A DNA stretch of 64,000 nucleotides from an uncultured Anaerolineaceae bacterium (GTDB taxonomy: Bacteria; Chloroflexota; Anaerolineae; Anaerolineales; Anaerolineaceae). This document shows positions 37,716 through 45,889 of this stretch, piece after piece. The translations under genes were made by a program, and so were the position numbers. The notes beneath the pieces are model-generated. The model had not been told where the DNA came from and made no database searches. It was given only the letters and a program-made list of their open reading frames with translations. The stretch is taken from positions 33,050 to 97,049 of the forward strand of contig CAYSVX010000001.1 of the NCBI GenBank assembly GCA_964434665.1, read 5' to 3'. The stretch's first letter is position 1; each line of letters begins with the position of its first letter.

Positions 37716-38712
37716 ACGTGGGGTTGAAGGCTGAATTCAGCAAGTTCCAAAGATTGGCGGTGTCATCCTCGCCCGCGTGACCAAAGCGTTTCTGACTTTC
37801 TTTTATGGCTGAAAGATGTTGAAAAACAGCTTCGTTTGTTCTCTCATCCACTCTACATTCGGATAGCATCCCAGCCATTTTCCTGGCAAGCTCAGGAGAT
37901 ATTTGTGGGTTGGCATCCCAGGCAGCCTTGAAAGGCGGGCATTCAGCCAAACCGAGCAATATGGGATAGGTCTTTTTCCTTGTCGTGAGATCAGTCAGAT
38001 TTGACTTACCGGTAGTACTTGTGTCTCCCCAGATGCCCAGGTAATCATCCTGGATTTGAAACGCTAATCCAGCGTGTTCGCCAATCTCTTCAAGTGTGTG
38101 ATCTGTCACCTCATCCACTCCAGCCAGCATTGCGCCAATTCGGATGGAAGCGCAAATCAGGCAGGATGTCTTGAGCCTGATCATTTCAAGATACTCGTCG
38201 ATTGAAACGGTCTTTTTTGTTTCGAAGTGCATATCCAGGTACTGACCGCGGATCACGTCAATCGCAGCCGCCCGAAAGACAGCATAAGCTCTGGCAAAAA
38301 GCGCAGGTTCGACAATCTCTGCTACTTCACAAAAAATGTCGTGTGCCATCGTGGACAGGAAATCTCCTGTATTTAACGCTTGTGCAAGGCCGTATCTCAG
38401 CCAGAGGCATTCCCGTCCATGGCGGGTTTCACCCTGATCTTCGATGTCGTCGTGAACCAGGGTGTAATTGTGCAAAACTTCCATCGCCACGGCAGCAGGC
38501 ATCAAGCGTACAGGCTGTTCGCCAACCAATTGACCGCTGGCGAGCAAAAGCATAGGTCGCAAGCGTTTGCCAATTTTTGGTGAAGCTTCATTCCAGCCAA
38601 AGTGATAGCTGACCATTTCGCGAAGACCCGGCAGGCTTTCCGGGGTACGGGCAAGCACAAGTTGCTTCAAACTTGTTTCAAATTGTTCTTTTAGCGAGGT
38701 CAGTTGGGTCAT
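37681..38712 (-). CDS. polyprenyl diphosphate synthase (GGPP/FPP synthase family)
   Basis: First Asp-rich motif LVHDDIEDQ, second Asp-rich motif FQIQDDYLG. The 3' end overlaps the convergent gene by 35 nt. Confidence 0.88.
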   Translation of the reverse strand: MTQLTSLKEQFETSLKQLVLARTPESLPGLREMVSYHFGWNEASPKIGKRLRPMLLLASGQLVGEQPVRLMPAAVAMEVLHNYTLVHDDIEDQGETRHGRECLWLRYGLAQALNTGDFLSTMAHDIFCEVAEIVEPALFARAYAVFRAAAIDVIRGQYLDMHFETKKTVSIDEYLEMIRLKTSCLICASIRIGAMLAGVDEVTDHTLEEIGEHAGLAFQIQDDYLGIWGDTSTTGKSNLTDLTTRKKTYPILLGLAECPPFKAAWDANPQISPELARKMAGMLSECRVDERTNEAVFQHLSAIKESQKRFGHAGEDDTANLWNLLNSAFNPTFTSSSKAETPI

Positions 38713-39749
38713 AATCGCTCAATGCCATCCAGGCGGTTGATATCCCACTCTGGGAGGGACCCAACTCCGCAGGCAAACATAGCGACTTGTAGCTCTGTTC
38801 TTATCCCTTCGATTTGGTTGACCAATTCGGTCTCACCAAGATTAGCTGCAAGTAAGAATTTTCGAGCAAATCCACCCAGTCTCGCCCCAAGCGCGAACGA
38901 TTTGGCAAGATCCACACCATCTCTCAAGCCGCCAGAAGCGAAGATGAGCGGATTACCCTCGAGGTTTCGCAGTTCTAACAGGTTCCGGGCAGTTGGTATG
39001 CCCCAATCGCCAAAAGCAGCACTGATGGAGGCTCTCAGGGGATCCGGCTGGCGATACATCTCAACTTTAGCCCAGGAAGTTCCTCCCGCTCCTGCCACAT
39101 CGATGCCGGCGACACCAACTTCCAGGAGTTGTCTTGCGGTTTCAATGCCGATACCCCAGCCAACTTCTTTTACCAAAACAGGAACTGGCAGCGATCGGCA
39201 TACCTGTTCGATTTTTGGCAGTAAGCCTGAATAATTGTGGTTGCCTTCTGGCTGTAAGGCTTCTTGCAGGGGGTTGAGATGCAAGTAAAGTGCGTCCGCC
39301 TCAAGCATATCCACCGCAGCCTTGCATTCATCAATCCCATAACCATAATTAAGCTGCACAGCCCCAAGGTTGGCAAATATTAGCGCATTTGGAGCATATT
39401 TTCGAATGCCAAAGCTTTCGCGCAGCTCCGGGTTTTCAATCGCTGCCCGCTGGGAGCCAACACCCATCGCAATCCCGCATTGTTCTGCTGCCAAAGCTAA
39501 TATTTGGTTAAAAGATGCCCCAGCCGCCGTGCCTCCTGTCATGGAAGAAATCAGGATCGGGGCTGAGAGATGTTTATTGAAGAGGGTTAATGTTAAGTCG
39601 ATACCATCAAAGTCCAGCTCAGGCAGGGCGTTGTGCCTTAAATGAATTTTTTCAAAACCAGTTGAGGTAAATGACTGGACATCCTGCTCAAGGTTGATCT
39701 TTAGGTGATCATCCTTTCTTTGTGGAAGGCGCGCATCTTTTTTCATCAT
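38709..39749 (-). CDS. fni: type 2 isopentenyl-diphosphate delta-isomerase (FMN-dependent)
   Basis: RKDDHL, ISSMTGG, VKEVG.G, ASGGLRDGVD. Its TGA overlaps the downstream ATG by 4 nt. Confidence 0.88.
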   Translation of the reverse strand: MMKKDARLPQRKDDHLKINLEQDVQSFTSTGFEKIHLRHNALPELDFDGIDLTLTLFNKHLSAPILISSMTGGTAAGASFNQILALAAEQCGIAMGVGSQRAAIENPELRESFGIRKYAPNALIFANLGAVQLNYGYGIDECKAAVDMLEADALYLHLNPLQEALQPEGNHNYSGLLPKIEQVCRSLPVPVLVKEVGWGIGIETARQLLEVGVAGIDVAGAGGTSWAKVEMYRQPDPLRASISAAFGDWGIPTARNLLELRNLEGNPLIFASGGLRDGVDLAKSFALGARLGGFARKFLLAANLGETELVNQIEGIRTELQVAMFACGVGSLPEWDINRLDGIERL

Positions 39750-39828
39750 AGAGTGTTATAGTAGAGGCTACAATAAAAGTCAAACAATTGTGATACAGTT
39801 AAAGTCATTATAACAACAGAGGTAAAAA

Positions 39829-40071
39829 ATGGAACAAAACGAAATTTTTGAAGCAGTCAAAGCGGTTGTCATGGATGTCCTGAAAATCGATGGGGACGAT
39901 ATCACTTTGGAGACCCGTTTCATCGAGGACCTCAAGGCTGACTCGATGGACCAATTCTTCCTGATCGACGGTTTCTGTGAAAAATTTGACATCAATATTT
40001 CTGATGAAGACGCGAGAAACATTCACTCTGTCGGTGATGCAGTAACCGCTATCGAAGCCAACAAAAAGTAA
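39829..40071 (+). CDS. acyl carrier protein
   Basis: 80 aa. Phosphopantetheine site FIEDLKADSMDQ. AGAGG RBS. Confidence 0.8.
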   Translation: MEQNEIFEAVKAVVMDVLKIDGDDITLETRFIEDLKADSMDQFFLIDGFCEKFDINISDEDARNIHSVGDAVTAIEANKK

Positions 40072-40094
40072 ACTTAATTTCCCTGATCCAAATG

Positions 40095-40127
40095 AGGCAT
40101 TCCTTATGTGGAATGCCTTTTGTGTTT
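40095..40127 (+). terminator. rho-independent terminator after ACP gene
   Basis: AGGCATTCC-ttatgt-GGAATGCCT followed by TTTGTGTTT. Confidence 0.65.
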
Positions 40128-40183
40128 AATCGGCATGATATTTTGCCTGTAGTAATTATCACTCTAAATGCCTGTACACACAT

Positions 40184-40212
40184 TTTACTGATAAATTGCA
40201 TTTATTTAGAAT
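40184..40212 (+). promoter_or_regulatory. candidate promoter for DUF1801 gene
   Basis: TTTACT, 17-nt spacer, TAGAAT, about 20 nt before GTGAGGTG and ATG 40232. Confidence 0.3.
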
Positions 40213-40231
40213 AAAAAAAGTGAGGTGCAGT

Positions 40232-40684
40232 ATGTCAGAGAAAAATTTAAAGAAACACGATGCGGGTGGTTCGGGTTGGTCAGAAGATGAAAAAGCTGCC
40301 ATGAAAGAACGAGCAAAAGAACTAAAGGCTGAAAAATCGAACCGAAGCAAGGCGAGTGATGAGCAAGCGGTGCTCGATAAGATCAACGAAATGCCAGTGG
40401 ATGAAAAAGAACTCGCTTTTCGACTGCACGAAATGATCAAGGAAGAATTTCCTGAGCTATATCCCAAAACCTGGTATGGAATGCCCGCTTACCAGTTAGG
40501 TGGCAAGACCCTGTTATTTTTTCAGAGCGCACATCGTTTTGGGTCAAGGTACAGCACCCTGGGTTTTGGCGATAATGCCAAACTGGATGACGGTCTCTTT
40601 TGGGCGACTTCTTTCGCCATCATTAAATTGGATGCTAAGGTGGAAGCACAAATCCGCGACCTGATCAGGAAAGCCATCGGCTAA
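40232..40684 (+). CDS. DUF1801 (YdhG-like) domain protein
   Basis: A Lys/Glu-rich N-terminus, then LHEMIKEEFPELYPKTWYGMPAY...GKTLLFFQ, typical of YdhG-like proteins. This is a recognition-only call. Confidence 0.6.
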   Translation: MSEKNLKKHDAGGSGWSEDEKAAMKERAKELKAEKSNRSKASDEQAVLDKINEMPVDEKELAFRLHEMIKEEFPELYPKTWYGMPAYQLGGKTLLFFQSAHRFGSRYSTLGFGDNAKLDDGLFWATSFAIIKLDAKVEAQIRDLIRKAIG

Positions 40685-40689
40685 AACAA

Positions 40690-40723
40690 AAAAGTGGCTG
40701 ATCACAACAACCAGCCACTTTTA
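40690..40723. terminator. bidirectional terminator hairpin between convergent genes
   Basis: AAGTGGCTG-11 nt loop-CAGCCACTT, flanked by an A-run on the left and a T-run on the right. Confidence 0.6.
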
Positions 40724-40739
40724 CCTGCCAAGCTCAGTA

Positions 40740-41792
40740 TTAACCGCGCAGATACTCCTGGAGAGATTCTTTGCTCACGCGATAAGCGCTGCCAATCTTG
40801 CGGGCTTTTAATTCGCCAGCATTGATGGCTGCGAGCACATCTTCTTCAGAAACCTTCAGGAAACCAGCGGCTTCAGAGGGGGTCATAATGTCCGGCATGC
40901 CAGTAGCAGCAGCTGCGGGAGATGACGGCTGAGTTTGAGACTGACCCTGGGTCATGCCGGCAAGTGAACCGGATAGAACGTTCCCGATACCCATACCAGC
41001 ACCAATTCCAGCAGTCAGACCAGCTCCACCAGAGGGATTCTGGGCAGCATCGCGCATGGCATCAGCAGCCTGGAGCTGAGTGTAGGTTTGCATGTCGAGC
41101 ATGCCCATCTCACGCAATTCCTTGGCCGATTTATCGGACGGTTTGAGGTTACCGATGTAGAACGATTTCAGCAGCAAACCAATCGCCAAAAAGTCGTCCT
41201 GGGCTTTGGCGCGCACGCCAGCACCGAGTTCATCGGTAAGACCGATCAGATCGAGCACATTCTTTTGAGAAGTAGTCTCTCCGAGCAAGTCCTGCAGACG
41301 TGAGAGCAGCATGGTGCGAAGGCGGTTTTCGATGTCAGAGGTGCGATAAGCGCCAAGCTGACCAACGATTTGGGTCACGAACTGCTGCGGATCTGAGACC
41401 TGGAAACTATAAGTGCCAAAACCTTGCAAAAGGGCGATCCCAAGACCGACACCAGTGTTGCGGACAATAATTGGTTGCGGGGTGCCCCATTTGCGATCAG
41501 CAAATTCGCGCATCGAAACAAAGTAGATCTCAGCTGTGAAAGGCGTGCGATCTCCAAAAAGTTTACCCAACAAGTCTGTGAGCAACGGCACGTTTGCGGT
41601 GGTGATCGTGTGGCGCCCCGGACCGAGCACGTCCAGCGCGCGACCATCGCGGAAGAAGACCGCGGCCTGCGACTCGCGGACAATTACCTGTGAACCAAAG
41701 CGTAAGTCAGCAATTCCCGTTTCGGGAAAACGATGAACCAACTCATCTGCCATCTCACTGGGATATTCAACAACATCAAATACTCTTGCCAT
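40740..41792 (-). CDS. SPFH/Band-7 (YdjI-like) domain protein with C-terminal excisionase/MerR-type HTH
   Basis: N-terminal ~290 aa: VVEYPSEM..ELVHRFPE...GSQVIVRESQAAVFFRDG. Then a Gly/Ala/Ser/Gln linker. The C-terminus reads MTPSEAAGFLKVSEEDVLAAINAGELKARKIGSAYRVSKESLQEYL. GGAGGA RBS. Confidence 0.75.
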   Translation of the reverse strand: MARVFDVVEYPSEMADELVHRFPETGIADLRFGSQVIVRESQAAVFFRDGRALDVLGPGRHTITTANVPLLTDLLGKLFGDRTPFTAEIYFVSMREFADRKWGTPQPIIVRNTGVGLGIALLQGFGTYSFQVSDPQQFVTQIVGQLGAYRTSDIENRLRTMLLSRLQDLLGETTSQKNVLDLIGLTDELGAGVRAKAQDDFLAIGLLLKSFYIGNLKPSDKSAKELREMGMLDMQTYTQLQAADAMRDAAQNPSGGAGLTAGIGAGMGIGNVLSGSLAGMTQGQSQTQPSSPAAAATGMPDIMTPSEAAGFLKVSEEDVLAAINAGELKARKIGSAYRVSKESLQEYLRG

Positions 41793-41824
41793 ATTATTCC
41801 TCCAAGATATCCTGAACTAATTAA

Positions 41825-42343
41825 TTACGCGATGCCTTTGAGGGCATTAGAACGCTTGTTGAAGAGATCAACGCATTCTTTAGCAACTGTGATCAAATGC
41901 CGGATGGAAGCTGGGAGACCATCTGTACCGATGGAGGTTTCGACATTGTCGATCGCAGCGGACACATTCGCGCCATTTTCCAGCAAGTCAACGTCATATT
42001 GATAGATGGTTGCCAACTCTTCTTCTTTGATTTTGATCGCATCAAACAGACCCGCATATCCGTAAGAAGCAGTGCGGACGCGATCAATAAACTGACGCAG
42101 CTTGATGGCAGCTTGTTCGAGGTCATCAAGGTAAGCCAGACCTCCCTGGGAGATCAAGTCGCGCTGCAAACCTGAAATTCGCTGATAATGCGCTTCATAT
42201 TCATTTGCTATGGTTTCACGCAGCAATTTGTCAGATAATCTGCGATCACCGCGTTCAACATAACCCTTAAATCCAGGAATTTTGGAAAGCAACTTTTTTA
42301 ATGGGTCGCGATCCTCAGCCACTGTTTCAAAAATATCACTCAT
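41825..42343 (-). CDS. hypothetical, predicted all-helical protein (operon partner of the SPFH gene)
   Basis: 172 aa with no TM segment and no motif I recognise. Same strand, 32 nt upstream of the SPFH gene. Confidence 0.55.
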   Translation of the reverse strand: MSDIFETVAEDRDPLKKLLSKIPGFKGYVERGDRRLSDKLLRETIANEYEAHYQRISGLQRDLISQGGLAYLDDLEQAAIKLRQFIDRVRTASYGYAGLFDAIKIKEEELATIYQYDVDLLENGANVSAAIDNVETSIGTDGLPASIRHLITVAKECVDLFNKRSNALKGIA

Positions 42344-42476
42344 TTTGCTCCTTTTCTTTCTTAGAACTACACGATAATCTTATATGTTTCAAGTGAACCA
42401 GGCAATAGATAATCTAAGGTTTTCAGGATTATATTTAAATATTATAATGGATTTACCAATTATGGAGGAGGTTTGT

Positions 42477-42617
42477 ATGGCTTCCAGAGCCGGAAACAGT
42501 CTTGGACCCCTGGAATACTTTCTGATCATCATTCTGATTCTGATGATTTTGTTTACCTTGCTCTCGATATTTTGGCCTGCCATACAGCTTTTCTATCAAA
42601 ACACATTTGCTTCCTGA
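42477..42617 (+). CDS. small (46 aa) single-TM protein, Flp/pilin-like N-terminus
   Basis: GGAGGAGG lies 6 nt upstream of ATG 42477. Sequence is MASRAGNSLGPLEYFLIIILILMILFTLLSIFWPAIQLFYQNTFAS. Its TGA overlaps the comF ATG (TGATG). Confidence 0.45.
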   Translation: MASRAGNSLGPLEYFLIIILILMILFTLLSIFWPAIQLFYQNTFAS

Positions 42618-43342
42618 TGCGATCAAAACAATTTAAGGGTCAACTGCCAGAATGGATGTGGGACGCGATAGACTGGATCTTTCCGCCACATTGCCTGGGT
42701 TGTGGGCTTGAGGGCGAAATTATTTGCCCTGATTGTTACGCGACCATCAAGCGCATACCAGCTAACGTGTGCCCTTACTGCAACGCCTATGTCAGCACGA
42801 GCGGACATTGCCCAAGTTGCAAAAATCAAAAGCCACCCTATGCACAATTTCGTGCCTTTGCCTATTACGGCGGTGTAATCCGGGAAGCTGTTCACCAGTT
42901 AAAATACCAAAACGATGTGGGTGTTGCCAGGGTACTGGCGAGTTACTTGTTAAAAGTGATCCATGCGGAAACCTGGAAGATTGATTTGGTTGTTCCGGTG
43001 CCACTTTCGAGAAGTAAGCAGGAACAGCGGGGTTACAACCAGGCAGAACGTCTTGCTCAGCCCGTGGCACAAGCGTTGGGAAAACCCATTTCCACGGAAG
43101 GCTTACTCAGAATCCGGGAAAATGCCTCTCAGGTAGACCTGGATGTAAAATCGCGAAGGGAAAATGTGAGAGGTGTGTTTGAAGCAGATCCTACGATTGT
43201 AAAAGGGAAGAGGATCTTGTTAATTGACGATGTGTTTACGACCGGGGCTACTCTCGAATCTGCCTCAAAGGCGCTAAGGGATGCAAAATCGGATCTTGTA
43301 TATGCTGTCACAGTAGGGAGGTCAGATTTCAACATTAACTAA
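42617..43342 (+). CDS. comF: ComF-family phosphoribosyltransferase-like protein
   Basis: Double zinc ribbon CLGCG..CPDC..CPYC..CPSC and PRT motif RILLIDDVFTTGATL. The start is set at ATG 42617; the track ORF is extended upstream. Confidence 0.85.
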   Translation: MRSKQFKGQLPEWMWDAIDWIFPPHCLGCGLEGEIICPDCYATIKRIPANVCPYCNAYVSTSGHCPSCKNQKPPYAQFRAFAYYGGVIREAVHQLKYQNDVGVARVLASYLLKVIHAETWKIDLVVPVPLSRSKQEQRGYNQAERLAQPVAQALGKPISTEGLLRIRENASQVDLDVKSRRENVRGVFEADPTIVKGKRILLIDDVFTTGATLESASKALRDAKSDLVYAVTVGRSDFNIN

Positions 43343-43399
43343 ATTTTTGTTTATACATCGAATCATGTATAATTCCATAAAATCATCCAGGAGGTTCCC

Positions 43400-43966
43400 A
43401 TGGCTCTACATATGGATATTTACACAAAAGACCTTGATTTGACCGACCGAATCAAGGAATACGCGACAAAGAAAGTCGGAAAATTAGATCGGTTCCTCAG
43501 CGAGATTGGGGAGTGCCGTGTCGACTTGGGGTATGCCAAGACCGCTCGGAACGCATCAGATCGCTTTATCGCTCAGGTAACCATTCGCGGAAAGGGTTTC
43601 ATTCTTCGCTCTGAAGAAAGAGCGGACAGCATTTACGCCGCGATTGACGCAACCGTAGATAAAATGACCCGACAAATAGAACGATTTAAGGGCAAGCACT
43701 GGCGCAAACGTGCTCCTGAAGCTGCTGAGGTCACTCAGGTGACTCCAGGGGATGAGGAAGTAGACGAGGAAGAAGTTGCACCCGTGATCGTTAGAAGGAA
43801 GACTTTCACCTTGACTCCCATGGATGAGCAGGAAGCACTTGAACAATTGCAGCTGCTCGGGCACGAGGACTTCTTTGTGTTCTATAATGCCCAAACTTCA
43901 AAGATCAATGTTCTATATCGTCGCCGTGATGGAACCTACGGTCTGATTGACCCGATTGTTGGATAA
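43400..43966 (+). CDS. hpf: ribosome hibernation promoting factor, long form
   Basis: N-terminal domain LTDRIKEYATKKVGKLDRF and C-terminal dimerisation domain MDEQEALEQLQLLGHEDFFVFYN. GGAGG RBS. Confidence 0.88.
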   Translation: MALHMDIYTKDLDLTDRIKEYATKKVGKLDRFLSEIGECRVDLGYAKTARNASDRFIAQVTIRGKGFILRSEERADSIYAAIDATVDKMTRQIERFKGKHWRKRAPEAAEVTQVTPGDEEVDEEEVAPVIVRRKTFTLTPMDEQEALEQLQLLGHEDFFVFYNAQTSKINVLYRRRDGTYGLIDPIVG

Positions 43967-43987
43967 TTCTTTTAGAAATGAAGATAT

Positions 43988-44015
43988 ACATGCAGCCTCT
44001 CCAGAGGCTGCATGT
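43988..44015 (+). terminator. stem-loop after hpf (weak U-tract)
   Basis: CATGCAGCCTCT-cc-AGAGGCTGCATG, a 12-bp perfect stem. It is followed by GTGCGTT rather than a clean T-run. Confidence 0.4.
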
Positions 44016-44045
44016 GCGTTAAAATAGGTTCAGGAGAACGCAACC

Positions 44046-44663
44046 ATGACTTACGAAGATGATGATGATTTTAACCCTGGTCTCAACCTTTACGGCGAAA
44101 GTGGATTTGATATACCTGAAATTACAAGGTCTGTCAGTGCGATTTTAAGAGCTGTTGGGGAGGATCCTGAACGAGAAGGATTGGTTCGCACACCTGAACG
44201 TGTTGCGCGGGCTTATCAGGAGATTCTTGCCGGGTATCATACCGATCCAGTTCAACTGGTCAATGGCGCTTTATTCACGGTTGATTATGATGAAATGGTC
44301 ATCGTGAAAGATATTGAGTTTTTCAGTTTGTGTGAGCATCACATGCTGCCATTTTTTGGTAGAGCTCATGTGGCTTACGTGCCCAAAGGGAAAGTCATTG
44401 GACTCTCGAAAATACCCCGGATTGTCGATATGTATGCGCATAGGTTGCAGGTTCAAGAAAGGATGACACAACAAATTGCGGAGTTCATCCAGGAGACCAT
44501 CAATCCATGGGGGGTGGGTGTGGTGATCGAGGCGCAGCACCTGTGTATGATGATGCGCGGGATCAAAAAGGAACAGGCAAAAATGACCACGTCCGCGATG
44601 CTGGGTGGATTCAGAAAACGCCTTGAAACCAGGATGGAATTCTTAAACCGGATCTCTAATTAA
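44046..44663 (+). CDS. folE: GTP cyclohydrolase I
   Basis: [24 protein letters not shown], and the ..[11 protein letters not shown] motif. Confidence 0.92.
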   Translation: MTYEDDDDFNPGLNLYGESGFDIPEITRSVSAILRAVGEDPEREGLVRTPERVARAYQEILAGYHTDPVQLVNGALFTVDYDEMVIVKDIEFFSLCEHHMLPFFGRAHVAYVPKGKVIGLSKIPRIVDMYAHRLQVQERMTQQIAEFIQETINPWGVGVVIEAQHLCMMMRGIKKEQAKMTTSAMLGGFRKRLETRMEFLNRISN

Positions 44664-45025
44664 GTATTGTCAGCGGCTGCTTCCCGGTAGATTTCAACTC
44701 CAACACGGGATGTGTTGGCAACAAATTCAGGCTTTTCAATCCTGATGGTTACTGCATGAATGTTGTACCTGGCATGGATCATTCTGGCAAGCTCTTCCGC
44801 GAGTGCCTCGAGTGTGAAAAACTGCGTCTCTGCCACACGGGCAGCGACTGATTTGGCAACGGATGAATAACTGACGGTATCCTTGATGTCGTCGGTTAAT
44901 CCCGCAGGCTGTAGGTCAGTATAGAGGGTGATGTTTATCAGCAGCGTTTGCGGTTGGTCCCGTTCAGGAGACTTTACCCCAATGATGCCTGTTGCTCTTA
45001 AATCTGTAATGATGATTTTGTCCAT
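44660..45025 (-). CDS. folB: dihydroneopterin aldolase
   Basis: [21 protein letters not shown] and DTVSYSSV. 121 aa. Confidence 0.8.
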   Translation of the reverse strand: MDKIIITDLRATGIIGVKSPERDQPQTLLINITLYTDLQPAGLTDDIKDTVSYSSVAKSVAARVAETQFFTLEALAEELARMIHARYNIHAVTIRIEKPEFVANTSRVGVEIYREAAADNT

Positions 45026-45036
45026 CTGGCATCCTT

Positions 45037-45768
45037 TTAGAGAAATTCGCCGCCATCCACCCGGATAACATGCCCTGTCATGAAATCCTGGCTGAGAATG
45101 TGCAGGACATTTTGAGCTACGATTTCCGGGTCGCCGATGCGTCGTAATGGGATCTGGCGGTCTGCGACAACCTGTAAGTTTACATGCTCGTAGCCCTGTA
45201 AAGGCAGCATTGTACCGGGTGCAATCGCATTAACCGTGATGTTAGGTGCCAGTTCCAGGGCGAACATTGCAGTAATGGTGTTGATCGCTTGTTTGGTTAC
45301 TCGATAGCTGAAATGGTCTGTGCCGGTCTGGAAAATTTTCCCATCGCTAATATTGATCACTCTTCCTTGTGTATCCTTGGGAAGTTGGTTGGCAAAAGCT
45401 GAAATTAAAAGCCAGGGGGAAAAAAGATTCACATTAAAGACGCGGTTGATTTTCTCGGGTGTCGCGGCTTTACCGGGACCAGCAGGATAAATACCGGCGT
45501 TGTTTATCAAAACATCGATGTGACCAAATTCACCACAAACCCGGTCCATCAATTCCTTTACATGAGTGATATCTTCAAGGTCCTGTTGGAAGACCCGAGC
45601 CTTTCTGCCCATTTTCTCAAGCTCGGACTTTACCTGGATTACCGACTCAATAGAAGAGTTGTAGTGAAGCGCGAGATTGCAGCCTGCTTTTCCAAGCGCG
45701 AGCGCGATTGCCCGCCCAAGGCGAATGCCGCTACCAGTGACTAAAGCATTTTTTCCTTTGAGGTCCAT
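45037..45768 (-). CDS. SDR-family oxidoreductase, pteridine-reductase-like
   Basis: VTGSGIRLGRAIALAL, NNAG and YRVTKQA (YxxxK). It sits immediately upstream of folB on the same strand. Confidence 0.75.
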   Translation of the reverse strand: MDLKGKNALVTGSGIRLGRAIALALGKAGCNLALHYNSSIESVIQVKSELEKMGRKARVFQQDLEDITHVKELMDRVCGEFGHIDVLINNAGIYPAGPGKAATPEKINRVFNVNLFSPWLLISAFANQLPKDTQGRVINISDGKIFQTGTDHFSYRVTKQAINTITAMFALELAPNITVNAIAPGTMLPLQGYEHVNLQVVADRQIPLRRIGDPEIVAQNVLHILSQDFMTGHVIRVDGGEFL

Positions 45769-45889
45769 GTATGTCTCATCTTTCTCAGATAGTTAATCTG
45801 GCTTAACTAATCCTGCATTATTGAGGCTGTGACAAAAGATTCAATGGTAGAATTTTATCATCCCAAAATAAAAAATGTGGAGGTCATAC

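Noticed and set aside
38704-39234. 176-aa plus-strand ORF
   Set aside because: It is antisense to the type-2 IDI gene. Its Ser/Pro/Ala-rich composition is typical of reverse-frame translation.
42384-42476. Longer 77-aa version of the small ORF upstream of comF
   Set aside because: The upstream part has no RBS and a non-coding-looking composition. A strong GGAGGAGG sits directly before the internal ATG 42477.
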